Source: Pyrinomonadaceae bacterium (GTDB lineage: Bacteria > Acidobacteriota > Blastocatellia > Pyrinomonadales > Pyrinomonadaceae). From it: a stretch of DNA of 64,000 nucleotides. Position 1 is the first letter of the stretch. The number at the start of each line of letters is the position of its first letter. Under the pieces are notes generated by a model. That model did not search any database, had not been told where the DNA came from, and saw only the letters and a program-made list of their open reading frames with translations. Both the position numbers and the translations under genes were made by a program. The stretch lies in the NCBI GenBank assembly GCA_963748605.1, contig CAVVJS010000011.1, forward strand, positions 17,963 to 81,962, read 5' to 3'. Below, one piece after another: positions 31,464-40,845 of this stretch.

Positions 31464-31716
31464 GAGAGACGAGAAGATGGGGAGAAGGTGCGACTCCCCT
31501 TTCCCCACTTCCCTGGACCGTCAAGGAAGTGGCAAAGGAAACGGTCAAGATATTTCGTGTTGTTTAGTGGGAATTCGTGGATCGTCTTTACTGCTAGATA
31601 AAATTACGATCCACGAAGCGACACGAAGCAGCACGAAACATGTTGGACTGGACCGTCAAAAGTCTCGCGAAGGAACCGAACAAGTCTGCCCCTTTTCTAC
31701 TTTTTCTCCTTTCTCC
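31464..31716. repeat. Nested inverted repeats (outer GAGAAG/CTTTTC arms, inner TTTCGTG/CACGAAA arms)
   Basis: Outer arms: gagagacgagaagatggggagaaggtg faces ccccttttctactttttctcctttctcc. Inner arms: tttcgtgttgtttagtgggaattcgtggatcgt at 31553-31585 faces acgatccacgaagcgacacgaagcagcacgaaa at 31606-31638. Confidence 0.82.
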
Positions 31717-32629
31717 TGCTATCCTCATCGCGGCAGTGCAAGACGCAAATGAAAAACTAAAAGAGCGAGTGCGCGCCTTTTGGCAGGAGCATCCTTGCGG
31801 GACAAAGTTCGCGGATGCCGAGCCCGGCTCGCCGAAGTTCTATGAACTGGTTGAGGCGCACCGTTACAGCAAAGAGTGGCACATTCCCGCCGCTGCGGAT
31901 TTTGCTTCTGCGCGCGGCTTGAAGGTTTTGGAGATCGGTTGCGGCCTCGGCACCGACGGAGCGCAATTTGCCAAAGCTGGAGCTGACTACACGGGAGTCG
32001 ATCTCACTGACGCGGCAGTCACGCTCGCGCGCAAACGCTTCGAAGTATCCGAACTGGAAGGTAAGTTCCAAACTGCAGATGCGGAAAACCTCCAGTTCGA
32101 AAGTGAGAGTTTTGACCTCGTCTATTCCCACGGCGTTCTACATCACACTCCTGATCCACCGCAGGCAGTAAAAGAAATTTGGCGTGTACTGAGACCCGGA
32201 GGTCGAGCGGTGGTGATGCTTTATCATCGCGACTCGTATAATTATCGCGTAAACATTTCTTTGCTTCGTCGCGCCGGCGCGCGACTGCTGAAATCCGAAT
32301 CAGGAATCCGCCTGGTGCAACGGCTCACGGGTGAACCGCTGGAGTCGTTGCGTGAACACGCCAAATTGCTTCAGGAGGGAGAGGAAAATTATCTTCAGCC
32401 TGATGAGTTTCTGAACCAGAATACGGATGGCGCTGGGAATCCGCTTGCCCGCGTTTACTCGCGAGCAGAAGCGCGCGAACTATTCAAAGCCTTTTCCACC
32501 GTCAGACTCCAAACGTTTTTCTTGAACAAGCGTTGGCTACCGTTGGTGGGAAAGATGTTGTCGCGCGAGACCGAGTCGCGACTCGCGGAGCGCTGGGGGT
32601 GGCATCTATGGATATACGCCACTAAATAA
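31640..32629 (+). CDS. Class I SAM-dependent methyltransferase
   Basis: Motif [13 protein letters not shown], plus [12 protein letters not shown] and RPGGRAVV. The ATG at 31640 lies inside the nested repeat. In-frame GTG 31736 ([12 protein letters not shown]) is an alternative start. Confidence 0.85.
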   Translation: MLDWTVKSLAKEPNKSAPFLLFLLSPAILIAAVQDANEKLKERVRAFWQEHPCGTKFADAEPGSPKFYELVEAHRYSKEWHIPAAADFASARGLKVLEIGCGLGTDGAQFAKAGADYTGVDLTDAAVTLARKRFEVSELEGKFQTADAENLQFESESFDLVYSHGVLHHTPDPPQAVKEIWRVLRPGGRAVVMLYHRDSYNYRVNISLLRRAGARLLKSESGIRLVQRLTGEPLESLREHAKLLQEGEENYLQPDEFLNQNTDGAGNPLARVYSRAEARELFKAFSTVRLQTFFLNKRWLPLVGKMLSRETESRLAERWGWHLWIYATK

Positions 32630-32632
32630 AAC

Positions 32633-32696
32633 GGCCTTGGGTTTTTGGCCTTTGGCTTTTGCCCAAAACCAAAAACCGAAAACCAAAAACCAAAAT
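32633..32696. repeat. Back-to-back inverted TTTGGCC/CCAAAA arms with no cargo
   Basis: ccttgggtttttggcctttggcttttg | cccaaaaccaaaaaccgaaaaccaaaaaccaaaa. It fills the whole spacer between the two genes. Confidence 0.85.
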
Positions 32697-33701
32697 ATGC
32701 GCAACATTCTAATAACTGGCGGCGCGGGCTTCATCGGATCGCATCTCGTTGATCGGTTACTTGACGAAGGCGATTGGCGCGTCACCGTAGTTGATGATTT
32801 CAACGATTTCTATTCGCCTGCGATCAAGCGCCGCAATGTCTTGCCACAAAAAGATAATCCCTCATACAAACTTTTCACCGCAGACATTCGTCATAAGGCA
32901 GCTTTGGAGCACATATTTGCAGAGCAAAAGTTTGATTGCCTTGTTCACTTAGCGGCTCGCGCGGGTGTGCGACCGTCGCTTAGTGAGCCGCAGCTGTACG
33001 TTGAAACTAACATCAACGGTACGATGAATTTGCTTGAACTGGCGCAGCAGCACGGCGTGCGGCAGTTTGTATTTGGATCATCGTCGTCTGTCTATGGCGT
33101 AAATGAAAAGGTGCCGTTCAGCGAAACTGATCCCATCTTCAATCCCATTTCACCATACGCCGCGACCAAAGCCGCCGGTGAACTTCTTTGTCACACCTAT
33201 TCACATCTCTACGGCCTACGTTGCGTCTGCCTGCGGTTCTTTACGGTGTATGGTGCCCGGCAACGCCCTGATTTAGCGATTCACAAATTTGCGCAATTGA
33301 TTAGTCAGGGGAAGCCGATCCCGGTGTTTGGTGACGGCACAACGCGACGCGACTACACCTACATCGATGACATTATTCAGGGGGTGCGCGCGGCTCTCGA
33401 TTACGTTGGCGATGACGCGAAGAGCGATTATGAGGTCATTAACCTGGGTGAGTCGCGGACAGTTGAATTGCGCGAATTGCTCGCCTTGCTCGAGAAAGAG
33501 CTGGGCATGAAAGCAGTGATTGAAAGGCAACCCCTGCAGCCTGGTGATGTGCCCCAAACCTTCGCCGACATCAGTAAGGCCCGTCGCCTCCTTAACTACA
33601 ATCCCCAAACTCAGATTGAGGACGGGATTCGATTGTTTGTTAAATGGTTCCGTGAACAGGAGTCAGAGGCAGCGTCACTCGGTACAGTACGGGAGCGGTA
33701 G
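32697..33701 (+). CDS. NAD-dependent epimerase/dehydratase (UDP-glucuronate 4-epimerase-like)
   Basis: ATG 32697 gives [18 protein letters not shown] (Rossmann GxxGxxG). Catalytic YAATK. The last 7 codons and the stop (LGTVRER*) are supplied by the left REP of the RAYT unit. Confidence 0.92.
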   Translation: MRNILITGGAGFIGSHLVDRLLDEGDWRVTVVDDFNDFYSPAIKRRNVLPQKDNPSYKLFTADIRHKAALEHIFAEQKFDCLVHLAARAGVRPSLSEPQLYVETNINGTMNLLELAQQHGVRQFVFGSSSSVYGVNEKVPFSETDPIFNPISPYAATKAAGELLCHTYSHLYGLRCVCLRFFTVYGARQRPDLAIHKFAQLISQGKPIPVFGDGTTRRDYTYIDDIIQGVRAALDYVGDDAKSDYEVINLGESRTVELRELLALLEKELGMKAVIERQPLQPGDVPQTFADISKARRLLNYNPQTQIEDGIRLFVKWFREQESEAASLGTVRER

Positions 33702-34359
33702 CGACCGCATTCAACCATGGTCGCCTTAACCGATCGAGCTATAATCGCCAGGTTCTAAGACCTCACGTTCAAGGACAACTCCATGACTCCATCTCACCGG
33801 GAGTTCGACCCTGGCCATATTCCTCTTGCTTTCATGATTACACTGCGGGCCCACGGCACTTGGCTGCATGGCGATCGGCGTGGCTCGGTGAATCGGTTTC
33901 ACAACGAATACGGAACTCCAAGACTTCCTCCTAATCCCTTGCGACGACACTACGAGCGGCAACTCCCTAAGACGCCCCCCTGTAAAACTCACCGCGAAAC
34001 GAAGAGCAGCCGTTTATCGGGGCATTCGCGAGACATGTGCTATTCGCAACTGGCGTTTGTGGGCGCTTAACGTTCGTGGCAATCACGTACATTCAGTTGT
34101 GTCAGCTAACTGCCACTCAAAGAAAGTTCGAGCGCTTTGAAGGCCAACCCCACCCGCACGATGAGAGAGTCAGGATGCTGGGAAAGTGAGAAAAGTCCCT
34201 GGAGTGGTGGGGGCAGTCGAAAGTTCATTTGGAACGAACAGCAACTAACCGAAGCGATCGACTATGTGCTGCATGAACAGGGCGACGAACTACCGTAGTC
34301 AGGGCTTAGGCGACCACCCGTTGAATGCGGTCGCTACCGCTCCCGTACTGTACCGAGTG
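33677..34359. mobile_element. RAYT unit: IS200-like HUH transposase gene flanked by inverted REP-A copies
   Basis: cactcggtacagtacgggagcggtagcgaccgcattcaac at 33677-33716 faces gttgaatgcggtcgctaccgctcccgtactgtaccgagtg at 34320-34359. Confidence 0.82.
33783..34298 (+). pseudogene. REP-associated tyrosine transposase (RAYT / IS200-like Y1 HUH), two frameshifts
   Basis: Segment 1 (frame of 33783): FMITLRAHGTWLHGDRRGSVNRF. Segment 2 (+1 after the C6 run at 33975-33980): LTAKRRAAVYRGIRETCAIRNWRLWALNVRGNHVHSVVSA, which carries the HUH motif. Segment 3 (back to frame 1 near 34134): LKANPTRTMRESG..SRKFIWNEQQLTEAIDYVLHEQGDELP*, which carries a candidate catalytic Tyr. Confidence 0.8.
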
Positions 34360-34531
34360 GCCGTCCGTGTTAAAGGTTGTTCGGCGCATCTTGGCGGCTT
34401 GGCGGTAATTAGCTAAGAGTCCTGACCACTGTTTTCCACGCAAAAGACCTCAGTTCTCTCCTACTCGCCGATTTGTTCTACAATGCCTTGTCCTGCCCGG
34501 AAGACCTTCCGGCGAGCTTGAGTCACCACAT

Positions 34532-35314
34532 ATGTCCAGCAATGCAAACATCATCGGAGATCCACTGCCTCGAGAAATGCAGCCGCATACTTACCCGATC
34601 ATGTATGCGGTCGAGGGGAGTCATTGGTGGTTTGCCGGCCGGCGTCGCATTCTCAAAAGTTTCCTCGCTCGTATTGCCGCAAATCTGAACAAGACCAACC
34701 TGGAGATCCTCGATATCGGTTGTGGCACTGGGGCGAATCTGGAAATGCTGGCTGAGTTTGGCAAAGCCCAGGGCGTTGACGTTTCGTCAGAGGCACTCGC
34801 GTTTTGCCGGGCCCGTGGTCTTGATCAGGTGCACCAAGGCGAAGCGGAACAATTACCTTTCGCGGATCGCAGCTTTGACCTCGTGACTGCTCTCGATGTG
34901 GTGGAACATCTGGACGACGATCTCAAGGGACTGAAAGAGATGCGGCGAGTCTTATCTCCTCAAGGACGAGCTTTAATTTTTGTCCCCGCGTTCATGTTTC
35001 TTTGGGGTGTTCAGGATGACATTAGTAACCATCGTCGCCGGTACACGCTTGCAACACTTCAGACTGTTTTGCAGGATGCCGGATTTAAAATAGAGCGCGC
35101 GACTTACGCCAACATCACTTTCTTTTTACCTATCTTGCTGGGCCGTTTGCTGATGCGCGCCACCGGTTTTCGTCCGGCTTCAGAAAACAATTTAACGATT
35201 GGTGCTTTGAACGGAGCGCTCGGACGGTTATTCGGCTCCGAGTCCGCGCTGCTTCGCTATCTGAACCTTCCTTTTGGCGTTTCCATCGTTTGTGTTGCCC
35301 GGCGAATCGACTAG
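34532..35314 (+). CDS. Class I SAM-dependent methyltransferase
   Basis: 260 aa. Motif I ILDIGCGTGANL, plus FDLVTALDVVEHL and SPQGRALIFVP. Confidence 0.88.
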   Translation: MSSNANIIGDPLPREMQPHTYPIMYAVEGSHWWFAGRRRILKSFLARIAANLNKTNLEILDIGCGTGANLEMLAEFGKAQGVDVSSEALAFCRARGLDQVHQGEAEQLPFADRSFDLVTALDVVEHLDDDLKGLKEMRRVLSPQGRALIFVPAFMFLWGVQDDISNHRRRYTLATLQTVLQDAGFKIERATYANITFFLPILLGRLLMRATGFRPASENNLTIGALNGALGRLFGSESALLRYLNLPFGVSIVCVARRID

Positions 35315-35333
35315 CTCAAACCGATCTCACGTA

Positions 35334-36353
35334 ATGAAACTTTACGAGGACAATTTGCTAGCTCATGCGACGTCGCTAATTCGTGACAGCGATGCGCCCG
35401 AGATTTCCGTTTTTCTGCCGGTCTACAACGAGGAACCAAATCTGCCGCCGCTCCATGCGAAACTCGTAGAAGCGCTCAGCAAACTCGGGCGCACCGCGGA
35501 AATCGTTTTTGTCGATGATGGTTCATCTGACAACAGCTTGAAAGTGTTGCGCGAAATTGCAGCGCAGGATGATCGCGTCCGGGTTGTGGCCCTGAAACGC
35601 AACTATGGGCAAACAGCGGCAATGGCCGCTGGGATCGACGCCGCCCGCGGTCAAGTGCTGATACCAATGGATGCGGACCTTCAGAATGATCCGGCGGATA
35701 TCGTGCGCCTGCTGGAGAAGCTGGATGAAGGGTACGACGTCGTTTCTGGATGGCGAAAGAACCGTCAGGATAAATTGGTGACGCGGAAGATCCCTTCAAT
35801 GATTGCGAATCGTCTGATTTCCTGGATCGGCGGCGTTCCCCTTCACGATTACGGATGTTCGCTGAAGGCTTACCGCCGCGAATCTTTGCAGGACGTGAGA
35901 CTCTACGGAGAAATGCATCGTTTTATTCCGATCTACGCCTCGTGGGCCGGAGCACGTGTTGCTGAGATTCCCGTGGAGCACCATGCCCGCACGATGGGTA
36001 AATCAAAGTATGGCCTCTCGCGAACGATTAAGGTCGTTTTCGATCTAATGACGATCAAGTTCATGGCTTCATATCAAACCAAACCAATCTATGTATTCGG
36101 TTCGTTTGGCATGCTCGCTTTTTTGATCTCGATTCTTGCGGGGCTGTATGCAGTGTTTCTGAAACTCTTTCACAAGGCAGACTTCGTGCAAACTCCGCTG
36201 CCGATCCTGGCGATTGTCATGTTTGCCGTGGGAATCCAGTTTCTGTTGATGGGGCTGCTGGCTGAGATGTTGGTGCGGACTTACCACGAGTCACAGTCGA
36301 AGGCGATTTATGCGGTCCGCGAGCGGGTAGGATTTGAAGATCGTAAATCGTGA
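35334..36353 (+). CDS. Family 2 glycosyltransferase (polyprenyl-phosphate sugar transferase type, GtrB/ArnC-like, 2 C-terminal TM)
   Basis: ATG 35334 (MKLYED). ISVFLPVYNEEPNL, VFVDDGSSDNS and DADLQNDP (DxD). C-terminal TM pair. The stop codon lies in the left arm of cassette 2. Confidence 0.9.
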   Translation: MKLYEDNLLAHATSLIRDSDAPEISVFLPVYNEEPNLPPLHAKLVEALSKLGRTAEIVFVDDGSSDNSLKVLREIAAQDDRVRVVALKRNYGQTAAMAAGIDAARGQVLIPMDADLQNDPADIVRLLEKLDEGYDVVSGWRKNRQDKLVTRKIPSMIANRLISWIGGVPLHDYGCSLKAYRRESLQDVRLYGEMHRFIPIYASWAGARVAEIPVEHHARTMGKSKYGLSRTIKVVFDLMTIKFMASYQTKPIYVFGSFGMLAFLISILAGLYAVFLKLFHKADFVQTPLPILAIVMFAVGIQFLLMGLLAEMLVRTYHESQSKAIYAVRERVGFEDRKS

Positions 36354-36886
36354 ATCGGGAATTCGTAAATCGTGAATCGTTGAATCGTGAAAAAATGTGT
36401 TTTTGAAGATTATCCTCACAATAAAGCTTGAAAGGAGCTAACCCATGAGACCTCACCAAAAGCTAGACCTGTGGAAAAAATCCATTGACCTTGCAGTCTC
36501 GATCTATCGCCAGACTGAAGCTTTCCCAAAAGAAGAGAAATTCGGCTTAACGCAGCAATTACGTCGGGCCGCTGTTTCGGTTGCTTCCAATGTCGCTGAA
36601 GGTGCCGCCCGCTCGTCTTCCAATGAGTTTAGAAAGTTTTTATCTTATTCCCAAGGTTCTGCGAGTGAAATCAGCACACAGTTAATGATAGCAAGTCGAC
36701 TCAATTACTTGAGCCAAAATGACCTCGACCGATTGGATAGGGATCTTGACGATATCGGGAGAATGATTACAGGGCTGTCTAAGAGTCTCAATCGTGGCGA
36801 AAATATCTGCGAGCGATTCCCGATTTCCGATTAACGATTCACCAAATACGATTCCCGATTCACGATTTACGATTCACGATTCACGA
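36339..36886. repeat. Near-perfect inverted CGTGAATCG-type arms bracketing a four-helix-bundle gene (cassette 2)
   Basis: The left arm 36339-36390 contains tcgtaaatcgtgaatcgggaattcg. The reverse complement of the right arm 36813-36886 contains tcgtaaatcgtgaatcgggaatcg. This is a ~25-nt match with one indel inside longer arrays of the same flavour. Confidence 0.88.
36445..36834 (+). CDS. Four-helix-bundle protein (TIGR02436 / 23S rRNA intervening-sequence protein family)
   Basis: 129 aa. FGLTQQLRRAAVSVASNVAEG and SYSQGSASEISTQL motifs. AAGGAG Shine-Dalgarno at 36432-36437, 7 nt before the ATG. Confidence 0.9.
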   Translation: MRPHQKLDLWKKSIDLAVSIYRQTEAFPKEEKFGLTQQLRRAAVSVASNVAEGAARSSSNEFRKFLSYSQGSASEISTQLMIASRLNYLSQNDLDRLDRDLDDIGRMITGLSKSLNRGENICERFPISD

Positions 36887-36888
36887 CT

Positions 36889-38817
36889 ATGTGTGGAATA
36901 ACCGGCTGGGCTCATCTTGACTCGCGCACGCCGCCTCCTGAGGGCGCGAAGCAATTGCTTCACTCGATGTGCGAACGAATGACGCACCGTGGTCCGGACT
37001 CAGAAGGATTACTCGTTTCCACCGGCGTGGCCCTGGGGATGCGCCGCCTCGCCATCATCGATCTAGTTACCGGAGAACAGCCTGCCTTCAATGAGGATCA
37101 CAGTGTTGCCGTCATCCTGAACGGCGAGATCTACAACTACCGGGAGCTACGCTCAACTCTTGAGAGCCGCGGTCACTCGTTCCGCAGCGCGTCGGACACC
37201 GAGGTTTTGCCGCATCTTTATGAAGAGTATGGCCAAGACATGGTGCAGCATCTCAACGGGATGTTTGCCTTCGCGCTTTGGGATGAGCCGAACCAGCGTC
37301 TTTTGATTGCCCGTGATCGCTTTGGTGAGAAACCTCTTTATTGGGGAATCTTTGATAAGCAACTTCTGTTCGCTTCGGAACCAAAAGTCTTGCTGGCGCA
37401 TCCGAGTGTCCGGCCGGCGTTGAACTTGAATGCGCTGCGACAGTATCTCTCGTTTGATTACATACCTGCGCCGCTTTCTATTTACGAGGGCGTCAACAAA
37501 CTTCCCGCCGCACACACGCTGACATTTGAAGATGGTCGCGCCAGGGTCGAGCCCTACTGGTGTTTGAGTTATCAGACAAAGCAACCGGTGCCGGATGAAG
37601 CGGAAGCCGCGGCCCGGCTGCAGGAGTTGCTAGCCGACTCCGTTCGCATGCGTCTTGTTTCAGATGTGCCCTTAGGTGTGTTGCTTTCTGGCGGAGTTGA
37701 TTCATCGGCCGTTACCGCACTTGCGGTGCGCGCTTCATCGGAACCAGTCAAAACGTTTTCCATCTCTTTTTCAGAGTCGTCTTTTGATGAATCGTCTTAC
37801 GCGAGGCGTGTCGCCAAGTACCTGGGAACGGATCATCATGAAGAAAGGCTGAGTTCAAATCTCGCGGCAAATTTGATCGGCGACATCGGTTCCTGGATGG
37901 ACGAGCCTTTCAGTGACCCTTCGTTAGTTCCTACCTATCTGCTTTCGCGTTTCACCAGGAAGCATGTGACGGTGGCGCTGGGTGGTGATGGCGGCGACGA
38001 ACTGTTTGCCGGTTACCAGATGTACCGGGGGCACGACTGGGCCGCGATCTATACGAAGCTTCCAGATTTGTTGAAGCGCGGTTTGATCGAGCCGCTGGTT
38101 CGCTTACTACCGGTCAAAACCAAAAATCTTTCTCTTGATTACAAGGCCCTGCGGTTTGTCACAGGCGCAAAATATGACCTCGTAACGCGGCATCACGTTT
38201 GGTTTGGTTCATTCACACCCGAAGAGCAGGAACAGTTGCTGACGCCAGAAGCACTGGCTGCCAGCGATGGCGACGTCTATCGTGACGCGCGCCGCATGCT
38301 TACGGAATGTGATGCGGAGAGCTTGATCGAACAGATGCAGAACCTGGATACGCGGCTCTATTTGGCAGAGGACATTTTGACTAAGGTTGATCGCGCCAGC
38401 ATGGCGGTATCTTTGGAAGTGCGCGCGCCGTTTCTCGACCCTCAGGTGGCTGAGTTTGCCGCGTCGCTACCCCTTAATTACAAGTTGCGAGGCGGCAAGA
38501 GTAAATACATTTTGAAACGAGCAGTTGCCGATCTACTGCCGCCCTTCGTCACCCGTCGAAGTAAGAAAGGGTTTGGCGTGCCTGTAGCTGAATGGCTAAA
38601 GGGAAAATTAAAACCCCTCGCGCGCGATCTGCTTTCACCGGAGCGAGTGCGGCGAGCTGGAGTTTTTAATCCGGAGTACGTCACACGCCTGCAGGACGAA
38701 CATGAACGCGGCGTGGCCAATCACCGAAAATTGCTTTGGACACTCTTGATGTTTGAGCTCTGGCACGAGAGCTTTGTAGAAACTCCACGGCGGATCGAGA
38801 CGGTGGAAGCTAATTGA
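36889..38817 (+). CDS. asnB: Asparagine synthase (glutamine-hydrolysing) family amidotransferase
   Basis: 642 aa. N-terminal MCGI (Cys2 nucleophile of the Ntn glutaminase domain). PP-loop LSGGVDSS in the synthetase domain. Confidence 0.94.
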   Translation: MCGITGWAHLDSRTPPPEGAKQLLHSMCERMTHRGPDSEGLLVSTGVALGMRRLAIIDLVTGEQPAFNEDHSVAVILNGEIYNYRELRSTLESRGHSFRSASDTEVLPHLYEEYGQDMVQHLNGMFAFALWDEPNQRLLIARDRFGEKPLYWGIFDKQLLFASEPKVLLAHPSVRPALNLNALRQYLSFDYIPAPLSIYEGVNKLPAAHTLTFEDGRARVEPYWCLSYQTKQPVPDEAEAAARLQELLADSVRMRLVSDVPLGVLLSGGVDSSAVTALAVRASSEPVKTFSISFSESSFDESSYARRVAKYLGTDHHEERLSSNLAANLIGDIGSWMDEPFSDPSLVPTYLLSRFTRKHVTVALGGDGGDELFAGYQMYRGHDWAAIYTKLPDLLKRGLIEPLVRLLPVKTKNLSLDYKALRFVTGAKYDLVTRHHVWFGSFTPEEQEQLLTPEALAASDGDVYRDARRMLTECDAESLIEQMQNLDTRLYLAEDILTKVDRASMAVSLEVRAPFLDPQVAEFAASLPLNYKLRGGKSKYILKRAVADLLPPFVTRRSKKGFGVPVAEWLKGKLKPLARDLLSPERVRRAGVFNPEYVTRLQDEHERGVANHRKLLWTLLMFELWHESFVETPRRIETVEAN

Positions 38818-38957
38818 GACATCGGGTCATTGAGTCGTCGGGTCATTGAGTCATCGGGTCATTGAGTCATTGCGTGAACCGTTTGTCGAATAATTCCCTC
38901 CAACAGTTAGTCAATGATTCAATGATTCAATGATGCAATGACCCGATGACTCAATAA
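38815..38957. repeat. Inverted GGGTCATTGAGTCAT/ATGACTCAATGACCC arms, ~38-bp core
   Basis: The left arm (gacatcgggtcattgagtcgtcgggtcattgagtcatcgggtcattgagtcattg) includes the asnB stop. The right arm (tcaatgattcaatgattcaatgatgcaatgacccgatgactcaataa) ends 5 nt before the next ATG. Confidence 0.88.
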
Positions 38958-38961
38958 TCCT

Positions 38962-40158
38962 ATGGCCGATTCCGGTTTTGCACAGGCGTTTGATGAGCTA
39001 TTCGCGTGGTGTCGCCAACATAACTTCGCCGGTCACGATCCCTTCGACGCACTGAACAGCAAGGTCTTTCAAGCAACTCCCTTCCGCAACTCAGCTAAAG
39101 CTCGTCTGATCTGGACGCAAGTGGTGAAACGTTCGCCGTTGAACTTGCGCCGGCTCGCCCTGATTCAGCCGGAACAGAACGCAAAAGGCATCGCCTTATT
39201 TGCGCTCGCTGCCCTGGCAAACTATCGACGCACTGAATCAAAGACAGCTGAGCTGGAAGCGCGCGACCTCTTAGAACAATTGATCTCGTTGAGGATCGAG
39301 ACGAGCTCGGGCGTCGCCTGGGGCTACAACTTCGATTGGCAATCCCGCGTCTTTTTCGCCCCTCGCGGTACGCCGACAATCGTTCCCACGGCGTTTGCGG
39401 CGCGGGCCCTCATCGAAGCCAGTGATGCATTTAACGAGAATGCGTACCTGGATCTCGCGCGACGTGTTTGTGATTTTGTGATGCACGAACTCCCACGCAC
39501 TGTGGAAACCCAAACGGAGATTTGTTTCAGCTATACGCCTCGCGACACAACGCGAATCTTTAACGCCAGTTTGTTGGCCGCTGAAGTTCTTGCACTCGTA
39601 GGCGCACGCGACGGTAACGCAGATTACTGCAGTGCCGCTGTCAAGGCGGCGCGGTACGTGGTCAATCAACAACGCGAAGACGGTTCCTGGTTCTATGGTG
39701 CAGCTACAAATCAAGACTGGATCGACAACTTCCACACCGCCTACCTGCTTAGTTCACTAAAGAGAATCATGAATTCGTGTGAGGCGGCCCAGACCGACGA
39801 ATTCCAAACCGCGTTGCAGCGCGGTTATAGGTTCTGGAGAGAAAGCTTCTTTCTTGCAGATGGATGGCCGAAATACTACCATGACGCGCTCCATCCGGTT
39901 GATACGCACGCAGCCGCAGCGGCCATAGTTTCCCTTCTGGATTTAATCGAATTGGATCGAGACGCGCTGTCATTGGCCGAACAAATCGCGGACTGGTCAA
40001 TACGCAACCTGCGCGATAAGCAAGGATTTTTTTATTACCAGCGACGCCGGTTCTACACCGTTCGCACACCCTTCATGCGCTGGACTCAGGCTTGGATGCT
40101 GTACGCTCTGGCGCGTTTGTTGGAAGAACAACAGCGAGATTCCAAGCGAAAGGAATAG
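38962..40158 (+). CDS. Hypothetical protein of the polysaccharide locus (398 aa, helical-repeat/toroid-like)
   Basis: Clean ORF whose stop abuts the next gene's start at 40159. No motif I can name. Confidence 0.78.
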   Translation: MADSGFAQAFDELFAWCRQHNFAGHDPFDALNSKVFQATPFRNSAKARLIWTQVVKRSPLNLRRLALIQPEQNAKGIALFALAALANYRRTESKTAELEARDLLEQLISLRIETSSGVAWGYNFDWQSRVFFAPRGTPTIVPTAFAARALIEASDAFNENAYLDLARRVCDFVMHELPRTVETQTEICFSYTPRDTTRIFNASLLAAEVLALVGARDGNADYCSAAVKAARYVVNQQREDGSWFYGAATNQDWIDNFHTAYLLSSLKRIMNSCEAAQTDEFQTALQRGYRFWRESFFLADGWPKYYHDALHPVDTHAAAAAIVSLLDLIELDRDALSLAEQIADWSIRNLRDKQGFFYYQRRRFYTVRTPFMRWTQAWMLYALARLLEEQQRDSKRKE

Positions 40159-40638
40159 ATGCCGGTTGCCGCGGACGTAAAACTTGGGCCAGGCGTCAAA
40201 ATTTTTCAGCCTGAACTCGTCAATCTCTACGGTTGCACGATCGGTACCGAAACGAAAATCGGAGCGTTCGTTGAGATTCAGAAGAATGCGACGGTAGGAT
40301 CTCGCTGCAAGATTTCTTCGCACAGTTTTATTTGCGAAGGTGTAACGATAGACGACGAGGTATTTGTCGGTCATGGGGTGATGTTTATCAACGACCCCTA
40401 TCCGCGCGCTGTAAATCAAGATGGATCGCTGCAAACGGAAAGTGATTGGGAAGTGGTGACCACTCGGGTGAAGCAGCGGGCTGCTATCGGCAGCAATGCC
40501 ACGATTGCGGCTGGAGTGGTGATTGGCGAAGCGGCCCTGGTAGGCGCGGGTGCCGTTGTCACACGGGATGTACCTGACTATGCGATTGTGGCTGGTGTGC
40601 CGGCCAGGGTGATCGGCGACGTTCGCGAGAAGAAATAG
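40159..40638 (+). CDS. Hexapeptide-repeat (left-handed beta-helix) sugar N-acetyltransferase, WbpD-like
   Basis: 159 aa. Hexapeptide periodicity (IGTETKIGAFVEIQKNATVGSRCKISSHSFICEGVTIDDEVFVGHGVMFIND; IGSNATIAAGVVIGEAALVGAGAVV). Confidence 0.88.
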   Translation: MPVAADVKLGPGVKIFQPELVNLYGCTIGTETKIGAFVEIQKNATVGSRCKISSHSFICEGVTIDDEVFVGHGVMFINDPYPRAVNQDGSLQTESDWEVVTTRVKQRAAIGSNATIAAGVVIGEAALVGAGAVVTRDVPDYAIVAGVPARVIGDVREKK

Positions 40639-40655
40639 GCTGCAGTAGCCGGTGC

Positions 40656-40813
40656 GAGAACCAAAACCATTTTCCATTTCTCATTTCTCATTGGTTTGGT
40701 GAGTTCAAGTTTAAATTGCAACACTCGGCAATAACCTGTTACGAACCACGAAATGACACGAACGTGCACGAGCAAAATGACAAATGAGAAATGATATATG
40801 GAAAATGGTTCTT
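40656..40813. repeat. Inverted CATTTCTCATT/AATGAGAAATG arms with a ~79-bp core holding one CACGAAA-type arm
   Basis: gagaaccaaaaccattttccatttctcatttctcattgg faces aaaatgacaaatgagaaatgatatatggaaaatggttctt. The core contains ttacgaaccacgaaatgacacgaacgtgcacgag. Confidence 0.85.
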
Positions 40814-40845
40814 ATCTCGGATTGCTCACTACTGACCTCTAAACA

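Noticed and set aside
33677-34359. A larger genomic island or prophage around the transposase-like gene.
   Set aside because: There is no integrase, phage structural gene, tRNA target or direct-repeat boundary. The flanking genes belong to one polysaccharide locus that continues on both sides. The unit is just a RAYT with its REPs.
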